From: an uncultured Dictyoglomota bacterium
GTDB taxonomy: Bacteria > Dictyoglomota > Dictyoglomia > Dictyoglomales > Dictyoglomaceae
Reading direction: 5' to 3'
Assembly: GCA_964654465.1 (NCBI GenBank)
Contig: CAZZIO010000065.1
Coordinates: 32,001-96,000, forward strand
DNA: 64,000 nt
Shown in pieces: positions 24,201 to 32,472 of the stretch. Every line of letters starts with the position of its first letter. Positions within the stretch are counted from its first letter, which is position 1. The notes beneath the pieces were generated by a model. That model did not search any database. It was not told where the DNA came from and saw nothing but the letters and a program-made list of their open reading frames with translations. Position numbers and translations under genes: made by a program.

Positions 24201-24940
24201 CTGAAAATACACCTTTTGGAGAAGTACCATACATGGATCAAGGAGCAGATGTTATGATTATAAAAGACGAAAAACCAGTATTTACAAAAATTCCCATGAG
24301 CAAACCTGAAGAAAACGCAAAAGATTTTAAGACAGAAATTATTTTTGAAAATGGCAAGGCTTTAATGAAAACTACATTATCTTTTAAAGGCTATTTTGCA
24401 ACTTATTTTCGTTGGTTATTAGATAGTCTATCTTATGAGGAAAAGGAAAATCTTATATCCTACTTAATAAACAATACTTATCCCGGCTCTTATCTTACTT
24501 CTTGGAATATTGAAAATCTATATAATTTAGAAGCCCCTCTAAGGATAAATGTCCAATATTATAATAGCCAGCTTCTAAAAAATAATAAATATACATATAT
24601 ATATTCCCCATTCATTACAAAAATAGAGAAGGCTGAAGAAATATTTAAAGAAGAAAGAATATACCCCATCCAATACTACCTTCCATACGAGGAAAAAGAA
24701 TTAATAACCATTAATTTGTCCTCTATTAATAAAATCCCTGAAAATATATTGGAAAATGTAAATATAGAGAATCCTTGGATAACCTACACGAGAAAATGTT
24801 ACTGGGAAGGAAAGAATATTCTAATTGAAAGAAACTTCAAACTAAAAGAGATATTTATCCCCACTGAGAATTATAAAGAATACAAGAAAACAATCGAGGA
24901 AATTATAGACAGAGATAACGAAATACTAATATTAAGATAA
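21254..24940 (+). CDS. Large exported TPR + DUF3857 + transglutaminase-like domain protein
   Basis: Signal peptide; TPR repeats; RILRARTIKPNG (DUF3857-like); GDCKDKA / FDHAI / FLDGT catalytic triad. Confidence 0.88.
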   Translation: MKRKNIFLLFLLIILIFQVSAQQKADPKILWSAILDENFNYVKNLETDDFNTNIAKALIFLLEDNFTESWNYWKKALQINSSSYWHDIIGLLGEGAWENLGIFKEIPIILKDKKNLSPFMENLYWKSLLSQQKIKEIYNYARSKGFITDFLFIGPFENVGNSGLYKEFPPEKEILLNQKYKGKNGIEINWFKPMEKSINGYINLYNLFYPNKWSTAYALCYIFMPKSQEVLIKIGSPNSYKLFIDDSFIYSIETERRNLFDQEIIKIYLPLGWHKLLIKISNTMGPFGFYLGITNEKNEPISGIKISENIQNYIKRNLSWVKIIPQKDFIRESSLSEIFYSFYGFLLGTYYGYSDAGEEFLERAEKIKPKSSLIKFLKGKLEYELGNLETAKKYMDIAYKGNRDIKLSAYYLSLYNLNYGRYEDAIKIIKENIHDNSFLLRSLLSRIFISLSWEKEVNSNVNTLSSKYPNSIETLFLIGKYYEIKEIKDKAIDYYQKALSIDTENWEMFLTLYNLADELNRIDILENLLDIALEKDPTSTWAYLEKIRLYMIRGDKEKAFSILERVEKISYQYPETYLYKGKLYLEDNDEKAIELFERTLQLNPYFTNLRIYINHLKREEYNLPDVSSYLESKIPEEYLEYPAVILLDQKERTFFNDGTSRMIYHKLIKILKNSAKDKYGEIQIDYDSSFERVRILRARTIKPNGDEIEVSTIQDFPILSDYPLYTDERKIVLSYPGIEKGAILECLYMVEEYTGGIYGKNFQDIFFFQNEIPSLYSRFILKIPKDLEIKYTFYNGNKEPNIEEDKKWKTYKWEMEKLPAIIEEPLMPKVIDLIPQVWITTFKDWEQLADLYYSLAYPQIRADKAIKEKVKELILGLKKEEDKIKAIYYYVTSEIRYVGLEFGIGGIMPHSAPSIFREKYGDCKDKAILLITMLQEAGIEAYYTLVNTRYSISFKKEIPAFQFDHAIVAVPLNNNFIFLDGTAENTPFGEVPYMDQGADVMIIKDEKPVFTKIPMSKPEENAKDFKTEIIFENGKALMKTTLSFKGYFATYFRWLLDSLSYEEKENLISYLINNTYPGSYLTSWNIENLYNLEAPLRINVQYYNSQLLKNNKYTYIYSPFITKIEKAEEIFKEERIYPIQYYLPYEEKELITINLSSINKIPENILENVNIENPWITYTRKCYWEGKNILIERNFKLKEIFIPTENYKEYKKTIEEIIDRDNEILILR

Positions 24941-24945
24941 AAATT

Positions 24946-25575
24946 TCATTTTACAAATCTAACCTCTATGTTTCTTACCTCTGGTATCTTTCTTAGATTT
25001 TCCTCTATTTCTTGTTTTATATGACTCTTGAAAGAATCATCATCAGATAGTAAAAGTTCTATAATTATATCTCCTTCCTCAGTAATTTTTAAATAATTGA
25101 GCAACTTTAGACTAATAATATCCATGGAAATACTCGGATAAACAATCTTAGAAAGAACCTCTATAATCTCTTTTTCATTTAAAACTGAAGAAGTATTTTT
25201 TTCTCCCAAATAATTTTTTATTGCCGACTTTAATCCATCGACAGCTAAAACAGAACAATGCATTTTTACCGGAGGCAATCCTCCAAGAGCCTCTGCCACA
25301 TCTTTCCAGGTAATTTTTAAGGCTTCTTCTATAGTCTTTCCTTTTACCATCTCTGTCATCATAGAGCCTGTTGCAATATTGGAAGCACAACCGAAAGATT
25401 GAAACCTTATGTCTGTAATTATATTTGTATTTTTATCTACCTTAATATAAACAGCAATCTGATCACCACAAGCAGGACTTCCCTCTATAGCAAACCCATC
25501 AGGATTTTCTATAATCCCTACATTTCTTGGATTTCTAAAATGCTCTAAAACAATATCAGAATATTTTAAATTCAA
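24946..25575 (-). CDS. iscU: IscU/NifU Fe-S scaffold with a C-terminal DUF59-like extension
   Basis: YSDIVLEHFRNPRNVG; PACGD, FGCAS, KMHCS cysteines; extra ~80 aa tail. Confidence 0.9.
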   Translation of the reverse strand: MNLKYSDIVLEHFRNPRNVGIIENPDGFAIEGSPACGDQIAVYIKVDKNTNIITDIRFQSFGCASNIATGSMMTEMVKGKTIEEALKITWKDVAEALGGLPPVKMHCSVLAVDGLKSAIKNYLGEKNTSSVLNEKEIIEVLSKIVYPSISMDIISLKLLNYLKITEEGDIIIELLLSDDDSFKSHIKQEIEENLRKIPEVRNIEVRFVK

Positions 25576-25647
25576 CTTAATTTATTTCCTCCTTTTCCTA
25601 CTTTTTTAGTATATTTTCAAAATATATTTTATAACATAAAAATACTT

Positions 25648-25687
25648 TTGACAACAATTATCATATAATTTATACTATTTTAGTATA
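25648..25687 (+). promoter_or_regulatory. iscS promoter TTGACA-17-TATACT with an overlapping dyad TATACTA-TTT-TAGTATA
   Basis: Read directly; a second degenerate copy of the dyad lies at 25597-25613 next to iscU. Confidence 0.65.
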
Positions 25688-25706
25688 TTTTAGGAGGTAA
25701 ATTTAC

Positions 25707-26882
25707 ATGAAAAGAGAAGTATATTTAGATTATGCAGCTACCACTCCTATAAGACCTGAAGTCTTTCAGGCTATGAAACCATATCTAACAAAAGAATTTG
25801 GAAATCCATCCAGTATCCATCATTTCGGAAGACAAGCAAGAATTGCTATAGAGGAAGCGAGAGAAAAAATTGCTAAGGCTTTAGGAGCAAAAAATGAGGA
25901 GATTATATTTACCAGTGGGGGAACAGAATCCAATAATATGGCTCTAAAAGGAGTAGCATATGCCCTCTCTCATAAAGGAAAACATGTAATTACATCCTCG
26001 ATAGAACATCATGCCATATTAGAACCATGTCATTTCTTAGAGAAACTTGGATTTGAGATAACCTATTTGCCAGTTGATAAAGAAGGATTTATTGATCCAG
26101 ATTCATTAAAAAAGGCAATAAGAAAAGATACTATCCTAATTTCCATAATGCATGCCAATAACGAAATCGGCACAATTGAACCAATAGAGGAACTTACAAA
26201 AATTGCTAAAGAATATGAAATATATTTTCATACTGATGCAGTGCAAACAGTTGGCCATATACCTGTAAATGTAGATAAATTAGGAGTTGATCTATTATCC
26301 ATCTCTGCCCATAAATTTTATGGCCCAAAAGGAATTGGAGCACTATATATAAGAAAAGGGACAAAAATACACCCTTTTATTCATGGTGGAGAGCAAGAAC
26401 AAAGAAAAAGAGCAGGTACCGAAAATGTAGCAGGTATTGTAGGAATGGGTAAAGCTATTGAAATCTCAATTTTAGAGCTTGATAAAGAGAGAGAAAGATT
26501 AATCAATCTTAGAGACTATTTTATAAAAGAAATAGAAAAACGAATAGAGGATGTATATCTTAATGGACCAAGAGAGAAAAGACTACCTAATAATATAAAT
26601 TTTAGTTTCGCCTATATAGAAGGTGAATCCATACTTCTTAATTTAGATTTAGAAGGGATAGCTGTATCTACAGGTTCAGCTTGCAGTTCTGCTTCCCTTG
26701 AACCATCCCATGTCCTTTCAGCTATAGGACTTCCGATAGAACTTGCTCATAGTGCAGTAAGGTTTACCTTAGGATACTATACTACAAAGGAAGATTTAGA
26801 CTATACTTTAGAAGTATTAGAAAAAACTGTAAAAAGATTGAGGGATATATCACCATATAAACAAGGATGGAAAATAAAATAG
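25707..26882 (+). CDS. iscS: Cysteine desulfurase (IscS/NifS group I)
   Basis: YLDYAATTP, GNPSS, SGGTESNN, SAHKFYGPKG, STGSACSS. Confidence 0.96.
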   Translation: MKREVYLDYAATTPIRPEVFQAMKPYLTKEFGNPSSIHHFGRQARIAIEEAREKIAKALGAKNEEIIFTSGGTESNNMALKGVAYALSHKGKHVITSSIEHHAILEPCHFLEKLGFEITYLPVDKEGFIDPDSLKKAIRKDTILISIMHANNEIGTIEPIEELTKIAKEYEIYFHTDAVQTVGHIPVNVDKLGVDLLSISAHKFYGPKGIGALYIRKGTKIHPFIHGGEQEQRKRAGTENVAGIVGMGKAIEISILELDKERERLINLRDYFIKEIEKRIEDVYLNGPREKRLPNNINFSFAYIEGESILLNLDLEGIAVSTGSACSSASLEPSHVLSAIGLPIELAHSAVRFTLGYYTTKEDLDYTLEVLEKTVKRLRDISPYKQGWKIK

Positions 26883-26937
26883 TAATTTATTTTTATGATA
26901 AAATAATAAAGAATTTTCAAGCTTATAAGGAGAAACA

Positions 26938-28008
26938 ATGGAAAATAGAATAAAAGCTCGATTAAGAAAACATGATTTTGTCATTAAAATGATAGAAGAA
27001 TTTCTTATAGAAGATATTAAAAAACTTGCTGAAATAATTGTAGATGGATATAAAAAAGGCAACAAAGTTATATTATTTGGAAATGGTGGCAGTGCCGCTG
27101 ATGCCCAACATATTACCGCAGAACTTGTAGGAAGATTTCTAAAAGAGAGACGTGGTATTCCAGCTATTTCATTAACCACAAATACTTCTAATCTTACATC
27201 TATATCTAATGATTATGGCTTTGAAGAGGTATATGCAAGACAAATAGAAGCTATAATGAATAAAGGAGATATTGTTATAGGAATAACAACATCTGGAGAC
27301 TCACCTAATATTATAAAAGGATTAGAAAAGGCAAGAGAACTTGGAGGATATACAGTTGCTTTAACAGGAAAGAACGGAGGAAAAGTTATAAATTTTGCCC
27401 ACTTTTCCATAATTGTACCTTTTCATATGACTCCTCATATTCAAGAAGCCCATATAACTATTGGTCATATTCTATGTGACCTGATAGAAGAAGCATTATT
27501 TCCATCAAAAAAGGTTGCTTGTTTCTTAGATAGAGATGGAACAATTAATATAGACAAGGGTTATGTCCATAAGATAGAAGATTTGGAACTTATTCCTGGA
27601 GTTATAGAAGCTTTAAAACTTTTACAAAAAAAGTTCCTTCTGATAATTGTTACCAATCAATCAGGAGTTGAAAGAGGCTACTATACGAAAGAAGATGTAG
27701 AAAGGTTTCATAGATATCTATATTACATCCTTTCTAAGGAAGGAGTATATATAGATGATTTTTATTATTGTCCCTATCTGGAAGGAGAATGTAGAAAACC
27801 AAATCCAGGTATGCTGTTAGAAGCAGCAAAAGATTGGAATATAGATCTCAAAAATTCTTATATGATTGGGGATAAAACAAGTGATATTGAAGCTGGTAAA
27901 AATGCAGGCTGTAAAGCCATAATTATAGGAAAAGAGGATGTAACTGCTGATTACTCTGCTAAAAACTTGATGGAGGCTGCAAAATGGATCTTAAATCAAG
28001 ACTCATAG
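26938..28008 (+). CDS. gmhA: Fused phosphoheptose isomerase (GmhA) / heptose-1,7-bisphosphate phosphatase (GmhB)
   Basis: GNGGSAADAQH...IQEAH SIS domain followed in frame by FLDRDGT, TNQSG, CRKPNPG, MIGDKTSD HAD domain. Confidence 0.93.
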   Translation: MENRIKARLRKHDFVIKMIEEFLIEDIKKLAEIIVDGYKKGNKVILFGNGGSAADAQHITAELVGRFLKERRGIPAISLTTNTSNLTSISNDYGFEEVYARQIEAIMNKGDIVIGITTSGDSPNIIKGLEKARELGGYTVALTGKNGGKVINFAHFSIIVPFHMTPHIQEAHITIGHILCDLIEEALFPSKKVACFLDRDGTINIDKGYVHKIEDLELIPGVIEALKLLQKKFLLIIVTNQSGVERGYYTKEDVERFHRYLYYILSKEGVYIDDFYYCPYLEGECRKPNPGMLLEAAKDWNIDLKNSYMIGDKTSDIEAGKNAGCKAIIIGKEDVTADYSAKNLMEAAKWILNQDS

Positions 28009-28985
28009 AAATTATTAAATCATGGAAAGGGAAAAAAATAGCAGTCATTGGGGATGTAATGTTAGATGAATACATAATAGGAAAAATTGAGAGAATTTCA
28101 CCAGAAGCTCCCGTTCCCATATTAGAAGTTGAAGAAGAAAGACATGTATTAGGAGGAGCAGCAAATGTGGCAAACAATATTAAAGCTTTAAGTGGGGAAC
28201 CTATTCTTTTTGGGGTTATTGGAGAAGATCACGGAGGAGAAAAAATTATAAATCTTCTTTCTAATAAAAATATAAAACATATATTAATTACAGATAAAGG
28301 AAGACCTACTACATTAAAAACAAGACTTATAGCTTTAAATCAACAAATAGTAAGAATGGACCGAGAGAAAAAATACCCAATAAATAATTATATACAGGAA
28401 AAACTCATATCAAAGTTTAAAAAACATATAAATGAAATAGATCTTATAATCCTATCCGATTATGCAAAGGGGGTCTTAACCCCAGAGACAACCCAAAAAA
28501 TAATAAATATAGCCAAATCTAATAATAAAGAGGTAATTGTAGACCCTAAAGGAAAAGATTTTTCCAAATATGAAAATGCCACCCTTATCACTCCAAATGA
28601 GAAAGAAGCAAAAATCGCTACAAATATGGAGGAAGAATGGGATTTAATTAAAGGTGCCCAAAAACTCATGGAGATAATTAAAGGAAAAGGAATAGTTATA
28701 ACAAGAGGAGAAAGAGGAATCTTTCTTTTAGAGAATGATAAATTTTTTGAAATTCCTGCCTTAAAATCTGAAGTAAGAGATGTAACAGGGGCTGGAGACA
28801 CTGTTATATCCGCTCTATCATTAAGTTTATCCGCAGGTACAGATATCCTTTCTGCATGTATAATTGCTAATTTTGCCGCAGGCTGTGTAGTGAGAAAATT
28901 TGGTACAAGCACCTTATCAACTGATGAACTAATCGCAATAATACCTGAAAAAATTGAAATTAAGAATAACCATGTTATCTTCTGA
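27984..28985 (+). CDS. rfaE1: D-glycero-beta-D-manno-heptose-7-phosphate kinase (HldE domain I)
   Basis: GDVMLD, RISPEAPVP, GGAANVA, SDYAKG, DVTGAGDT. Confidence 0.95.
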   Translation: MDLKSRLIEIIKSWKGKKIAVIGDVMLDEYIIGKIERISPEAPVPILEVEEERHVLGGAANVANNIKALSGEPILFGVIGEDHGGEKIINLLSNKNIKHILITDKGRPTTLKTRLIALNQQIVRMDREKKYPINNYIQEKLISKFKKHINEIDLIILSDYAKGVLTPETTQKIINIAKSNNKEVIVDPKGKDFSKYENATLITPNEKEAKIATNMEEEWDLIKGAQKLMEIIKGKGIVITRGERGIFLLENDKFFEIPALKSEVRDVTGAGDTVISALSLSLSAGTDILSACIIANFAAGCVVRKFGTSTLSTDELIAIIPEKIEIKNNHVIF

Positions 28986-29466
28986 TAGAAAAATTAAAAA
29001 AATTGAAGAACTAAAAGATGTCATCGACATTCACAAAAATCAAGGGAAAATAATAGTCTTTACTAATGGTTGTTTTGAAATTTTACATCCTGGTCACATA
29101 AAACTTTTAGAAGAGGCCAAAAATTATGGTGACATTCTCGTAGTGGGTATAAATAGTGATGAGTCTGTTAAAAGAATAAAAGGAGAAAAGAAATTAATAT
29201 TTGATGAAAAAAGTAGATTAAAAATCATCTCAGCATTAGAATGTGTTGATTATGTTACTCTTTTCAATGAAAATACACCAGAAAATTTAATAGAAATTAT
29301 AAAGCCTCATATACATGTAAAAGGAGGAGACTATAAAGAAGAAGAATTACCTGAAGCAAAAATTGTTAAAGAATATGGAGGAAAAATAATAATTCTACCT
29401 ATATTAGAAGATTTCTCTACTACCCAAATAATCCAAAAAATTCTAACTCTCTATAAGAATCATTAA
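28972..29466 (+). CDS. rfaE2: Heptose 1-phosphate adenylyltransferase (HldE domain II)
   Basis: FTNGCFEILHPGH, GINSDESVKRIKG, VKGGDY, STT; track start 28954, ATG at 28972 preferred. Confidence 0.93.
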   Translation: MLSSDRKIKKIEELKDVIDIHKNQGKIIVFTNGCFEILHPGHIKLLEEAKNYGDILVVGINSDESVKRIKGEKKLIFDEKSRLKIISALECVDYVTLFNENTPENLIEIIKPHIHVKGGDYKEEELPEAKIVKEYGGKIIILPILEDFSTTQIIQKILTLYKNH

Positions 29467-31794
29467 TTTTTCCCATACTAAATCAACTGTAATATCCATA
29501 CAAGATAAGTCATCACAAACTTTATTTCTCTTATCCCATAGACATGGCTCACAAGGAAGGTCTATTTTAGCTATTTGAAATTTAGGATCATCTGGAACAA
29601 TCTCTTTAGGATTAGTAGGTCCAAATAGGGCGACTAAAGGTTTCTTCAATGCTACACCTAAGTGTAGAGGAGCCGAATCCAAACATATCATAGCCTTACT
29701 AAAATATATCCACCCTATAAATTCATCCAAACCATCAGGTAATATAAACAATCCATCTTTTATTAATTTTTTTAACTCTTCTATCGTTTCTTCTTCATCT
29801 GGACCATAAACAATTACATACGGAAGTTCTTTTTGATTTAATTTTTCAATCAATTCTTTCCATTTTTCAGGAGCCCACCTTCTATCTATACCTCTTCTAA
29901 TACTCATCTTACTAATTCCAGGATGTATTAATATATAAGAGAAAGGTTCTAAAGAGTACTTTATGAGTTTATTTTTTACTCTATCTTTTATACTCTCTGG
30001 TATATCTATCTCAGGCAACGAGAATTCTAAATTCTCATCTAATACTTTTAAAAGCCTAAAATGAACCTTCCCCATATACTCATTTCTTGTAGAAGAAGCC
30101 TTATGGGTATATAAAAAGCTCAAAGGATTTTCCATATAACCTACCCTAATAGGAGCTCCTACAAAATACATAAAGATAGGGATAAAAGGAGATTTTCCTG
30201 TAGATATACTCAAATCATAAGATTCTCTTCTTAATTTTGCCATAAGATATAATGTTTTAGAAAAAGAAAGTTTTTCCTTTGGATTGAATTCCTCTACATC
30301 CATTCCAAGAATATCAAATATTTTTCTTCCTCTTCTCTCAGTTATAATCTTCAACCTTTGAGGATTACATCTCTGAATAACCCCTTTAACCACTGGAAGG
30401 AATAAAATTTGATCTCCTAAACCTCCTAAATTAAATAAAAGCACCTTTTTTATTTTTCCATCATATTCAAAAAGATTTAAGAGAATAGCTACAGAAAACC
30501 AAAACATTATTTGAGGGTAAGGCCTATACCATATAGTATCTACAATTCCATGAAAAAGAGGAGCAGTAATAGATGAAATAGCTGATATACCCAATATTTT
30601 ATGTTTCAGATCCCATGTAGAGTATTTTATGAAAAATCTCCTATAAAGATAATAGATCATAAGAAGAAAAACAATAAGGGCTAATATACCACCTTCTATT
30701 CCAATTTCTAAAAATAAGTTATAAGAAGCAAGGGCAGTAAATTTAGGCTCCATATAGAAAGCATACACTCTTCTAAAAACGTCATTACCTAAACCTATAC
30801 CAGTCCAAAAGAAATCCTTAAAAATCTTAAAAGAACGTTCCCAAATTACAATTCTGGTCGCATTAGAAGAGTGTCCCCAAAGGGTAAAAGCAGAGAGAAT
30901 CCTTTTTTGAAAATAAGAGGACTGGGAGAAAATTCCTACACTAGCCAGTATTACAACAAACAAAAACATCAATAAAATTTTCCTTATATTTCTATTTGCT
31001 ACCATATAAATTATCTTTAATATCATTATAAAATATAAAGCCATAGATACCAAAAAACCCAAGTATGCTCCTCTTGAATATGTCCAAATAATAGAAAGAA
31101 AAGTTAAAATAGCAGTAATTACAGAAATACTCTTTAAGCTAAATATATAAATTGTAGATAATATAAAAGGCATAACTCCTATTAAATAACCACCTAAGAG
31201 ATTAGGGTTTAGGAGAGTACCATAAACTCTTGTCACTTTCTCTCCCACAAACTCCACATCTTCCCATCCAGCTAATGGTGGGACTTTAATTATCCACTGA
31301 TAAAGACAATATAAAGAAAGGAAGAACGTAGAAAGAAGAATAGAAAAGAAAGCTCTCTTTATTTTCTCATCATCTTTAAAAACATCTTTAAAGACTAAGA
31401 ATATGGCAAAATAAACTAAAAACTTTAAATACCCATTAATGGCTGGTATAAGATAAGGAGAAAAGAAAGTTGCAACAAGATTTATAAGAAGAAAAATCAC
31501 ATATATAATAACAAAGGAATTTAAACTTTCAAAAAATTTTTTATCCTTTGAAAGAAAAGTATCAAGAAACCATAAGAAGAAAGCAATAAATATTCCTATA
31601 GCAATTTTTCCAGATGATAAAAAAGGAATAAGAAAGAGAAAAAGATATAGATAATATTCAAGAACAAAAGAGATAAGGGGGAAAGAAAAAGATTCAGAGA
31701 TAACTTTATCAGTTATATCCTTTATAAATAATTCTGCTTTGTTTAATATATAAAAAAGAAAACTTTTTCTCCAAATATCTAAAAGCCTCTCCAT
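29443..31794 (-). CDS. Fusion of IctB/O-antigen ligase (Wzy_C) membrane domain and GT9 heptosyltransferase-like domain
   Basis: RVYGTLLNPNLLGGYL, TYSRGAY, SSNATRIVIW, GIGLGN...ALASYN, HGIVDTIWYRP; then GGLGDQILF, HPG, DSAPLHL, ALFGPT, CEPC. Confidence 0.9.
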   Translation of the reverse strand: MERLLDIWRKSFLFYILNKAELFIKDITDKVISESFSFPLISFVLEYYLYLFLFLIPFLSSGKIAIGIFIAFFLWFLDTFLSKDKKFFESLNSFVIIYVIFLLINLVATFFSPYLIPAINGYLKFLVYFAIFLVFKDVFKDDEKIKRAFFSILLSTFFLSLYCLYQWIIKVPPLAGWEDVEFVGEKVTRVYGTLLNPNLLGGYLIGVMPFILSTIYIFSLKSISVITAILTFLSIIWTYSRGAYLGFLVSMALYFIMILKIIYMVANRNIRKILLMFLFVVILASVGIFSQSSYFQKRILSAFTLWGHSSNATRIVIWERSFKIFKDFFWTGIGLGNDVFRRVYAFYMEPKFTALASYNLFLEIGIEGGILALIVFLLMIYYLYRRFFIKYSTWDLKHKILGISAISSITAPLFHGIVDTIWYRPYPQIMFWFSVAILLNLFEYDGKIKKVLLFNLGGLGDQILFLPVVKGVIQRCNPQRLKIITERRGRKIFDILGMDVEEFNPKEKLSFSKTLYLMAKLRRESYDLSISTGKSPFIPIFMYFVGAPIRVGYMENPLSFLYTHKASSTRNEYMGKVHFRLLKVLDENLEFSLPEIDIPESIKDRVKNKLIKYSLEPFSYILIHPGISKMSIRRGIDRRWAPEKWKELIEKLNQKELPYVIVYGPDEEETIEELKKLIKDGLFILPDGLDEFIGWIYFSKAMICLDSAPLHLGVALKKPLVALFGPTNPKEIVPDDPKFQIAKIDLPCEPCLWDKRNKVCDDLSCMDITVDLVWEKLMILIES

Positions 31795-31795
31795 A

Positions 31796-32269
31796 TTAAT
31801 ACCTTATTGCCGATACAACTCCCGAAATATCAGCCTTAAAACTCTCCACATTTATACTCATACCAACCTTTACTTTAACCCCAAGAATAACACTATCTTC
31901 TGTTACATAACCTTTAGTAGTAAAAGTAATAAGCATATCCACATTAAATGGATTATTCACATCATCTATAAAAGTATATGTGTCATTAAAATTAGGTACC
32001 AACATTTTTTTCTCATATATTTTTACATCTTTAACTGTTACCCATGCAAATGGTTGATTCTTTATTCTTATAAAGGCTTTCTCACCTGGTTTAATTACAG
32101 ATTTATCATTAAGAGGTAAATTTCTAACAATCATGTCAATTTCTATATCCTTTTCCTCCCCCTTCACTCTTGCAAGAGGAGTCCTACCTTCTTTCACTAA
32201 AAAAAAGCCTAATATGGCTAAAAATATGACCAAAACCACAAAAAGATCAAAAATATTTATTCTCTTCAT
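31796..32269 (-). CDS. DUF4330-like membrane-anchored protein
   Basis: RINIFDLFVVLV N-terminus; IKNQP; VKVGMSINVE. Confidence 0.7.
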   Translation of the reverse strand: MKRINIFDLFVVLVIFLAILGFFLVKEGRTPLARVKGEEKDIEIDMIVRNLPLNDKSVIKPGEKAFIRIKNQPFAWVTVKDVKIYEKKMLVPNFNDTYTFIDDVNNPFNVDMLITFTTKGYVTEDSVILGVKVKVGMSINVESFKADISGVVSAIRY

Positions 32270-32356
32270 AATTTCTACCTCTCCATCTACATAAGTTTAT
32301 AACTAAAAGATTATACATCACAAATAAAAAAAAGAAAAAGATCTTTAAAAAATTCT

Positions 32357-32389
32357 TAACACATGCTATAATTTCACTAACACGAGTTA
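32357..32389 (+). promoter_or_regulatory. Tandem LacI-type operators TAACACATGCTA and TAACACGAGTTA flanking the TATAAT -10 box of malE
   Basis: Two near-palindromes (ideal TAACACGTGTTA) starting 21 bp apart; TATAAT at 32367-32372. Confidence 0.6.
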
Positions 32390-32472
32390 AGTAGGGAGGT
32401 GAAAGACTTTAAAAGACAAACCTTCTATAATTTATGGATTTTAAAAAACATATTTTAAGGGGGTATTAAAAA

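Noticed and set aside
28460-28912. 150-aa minus-strand ORF, representative of the many 60-150 aa antisense ORFs in the track
   Set aside because: In-register antisense shadows of well-supported genes, with S/F/I/P-rich composition
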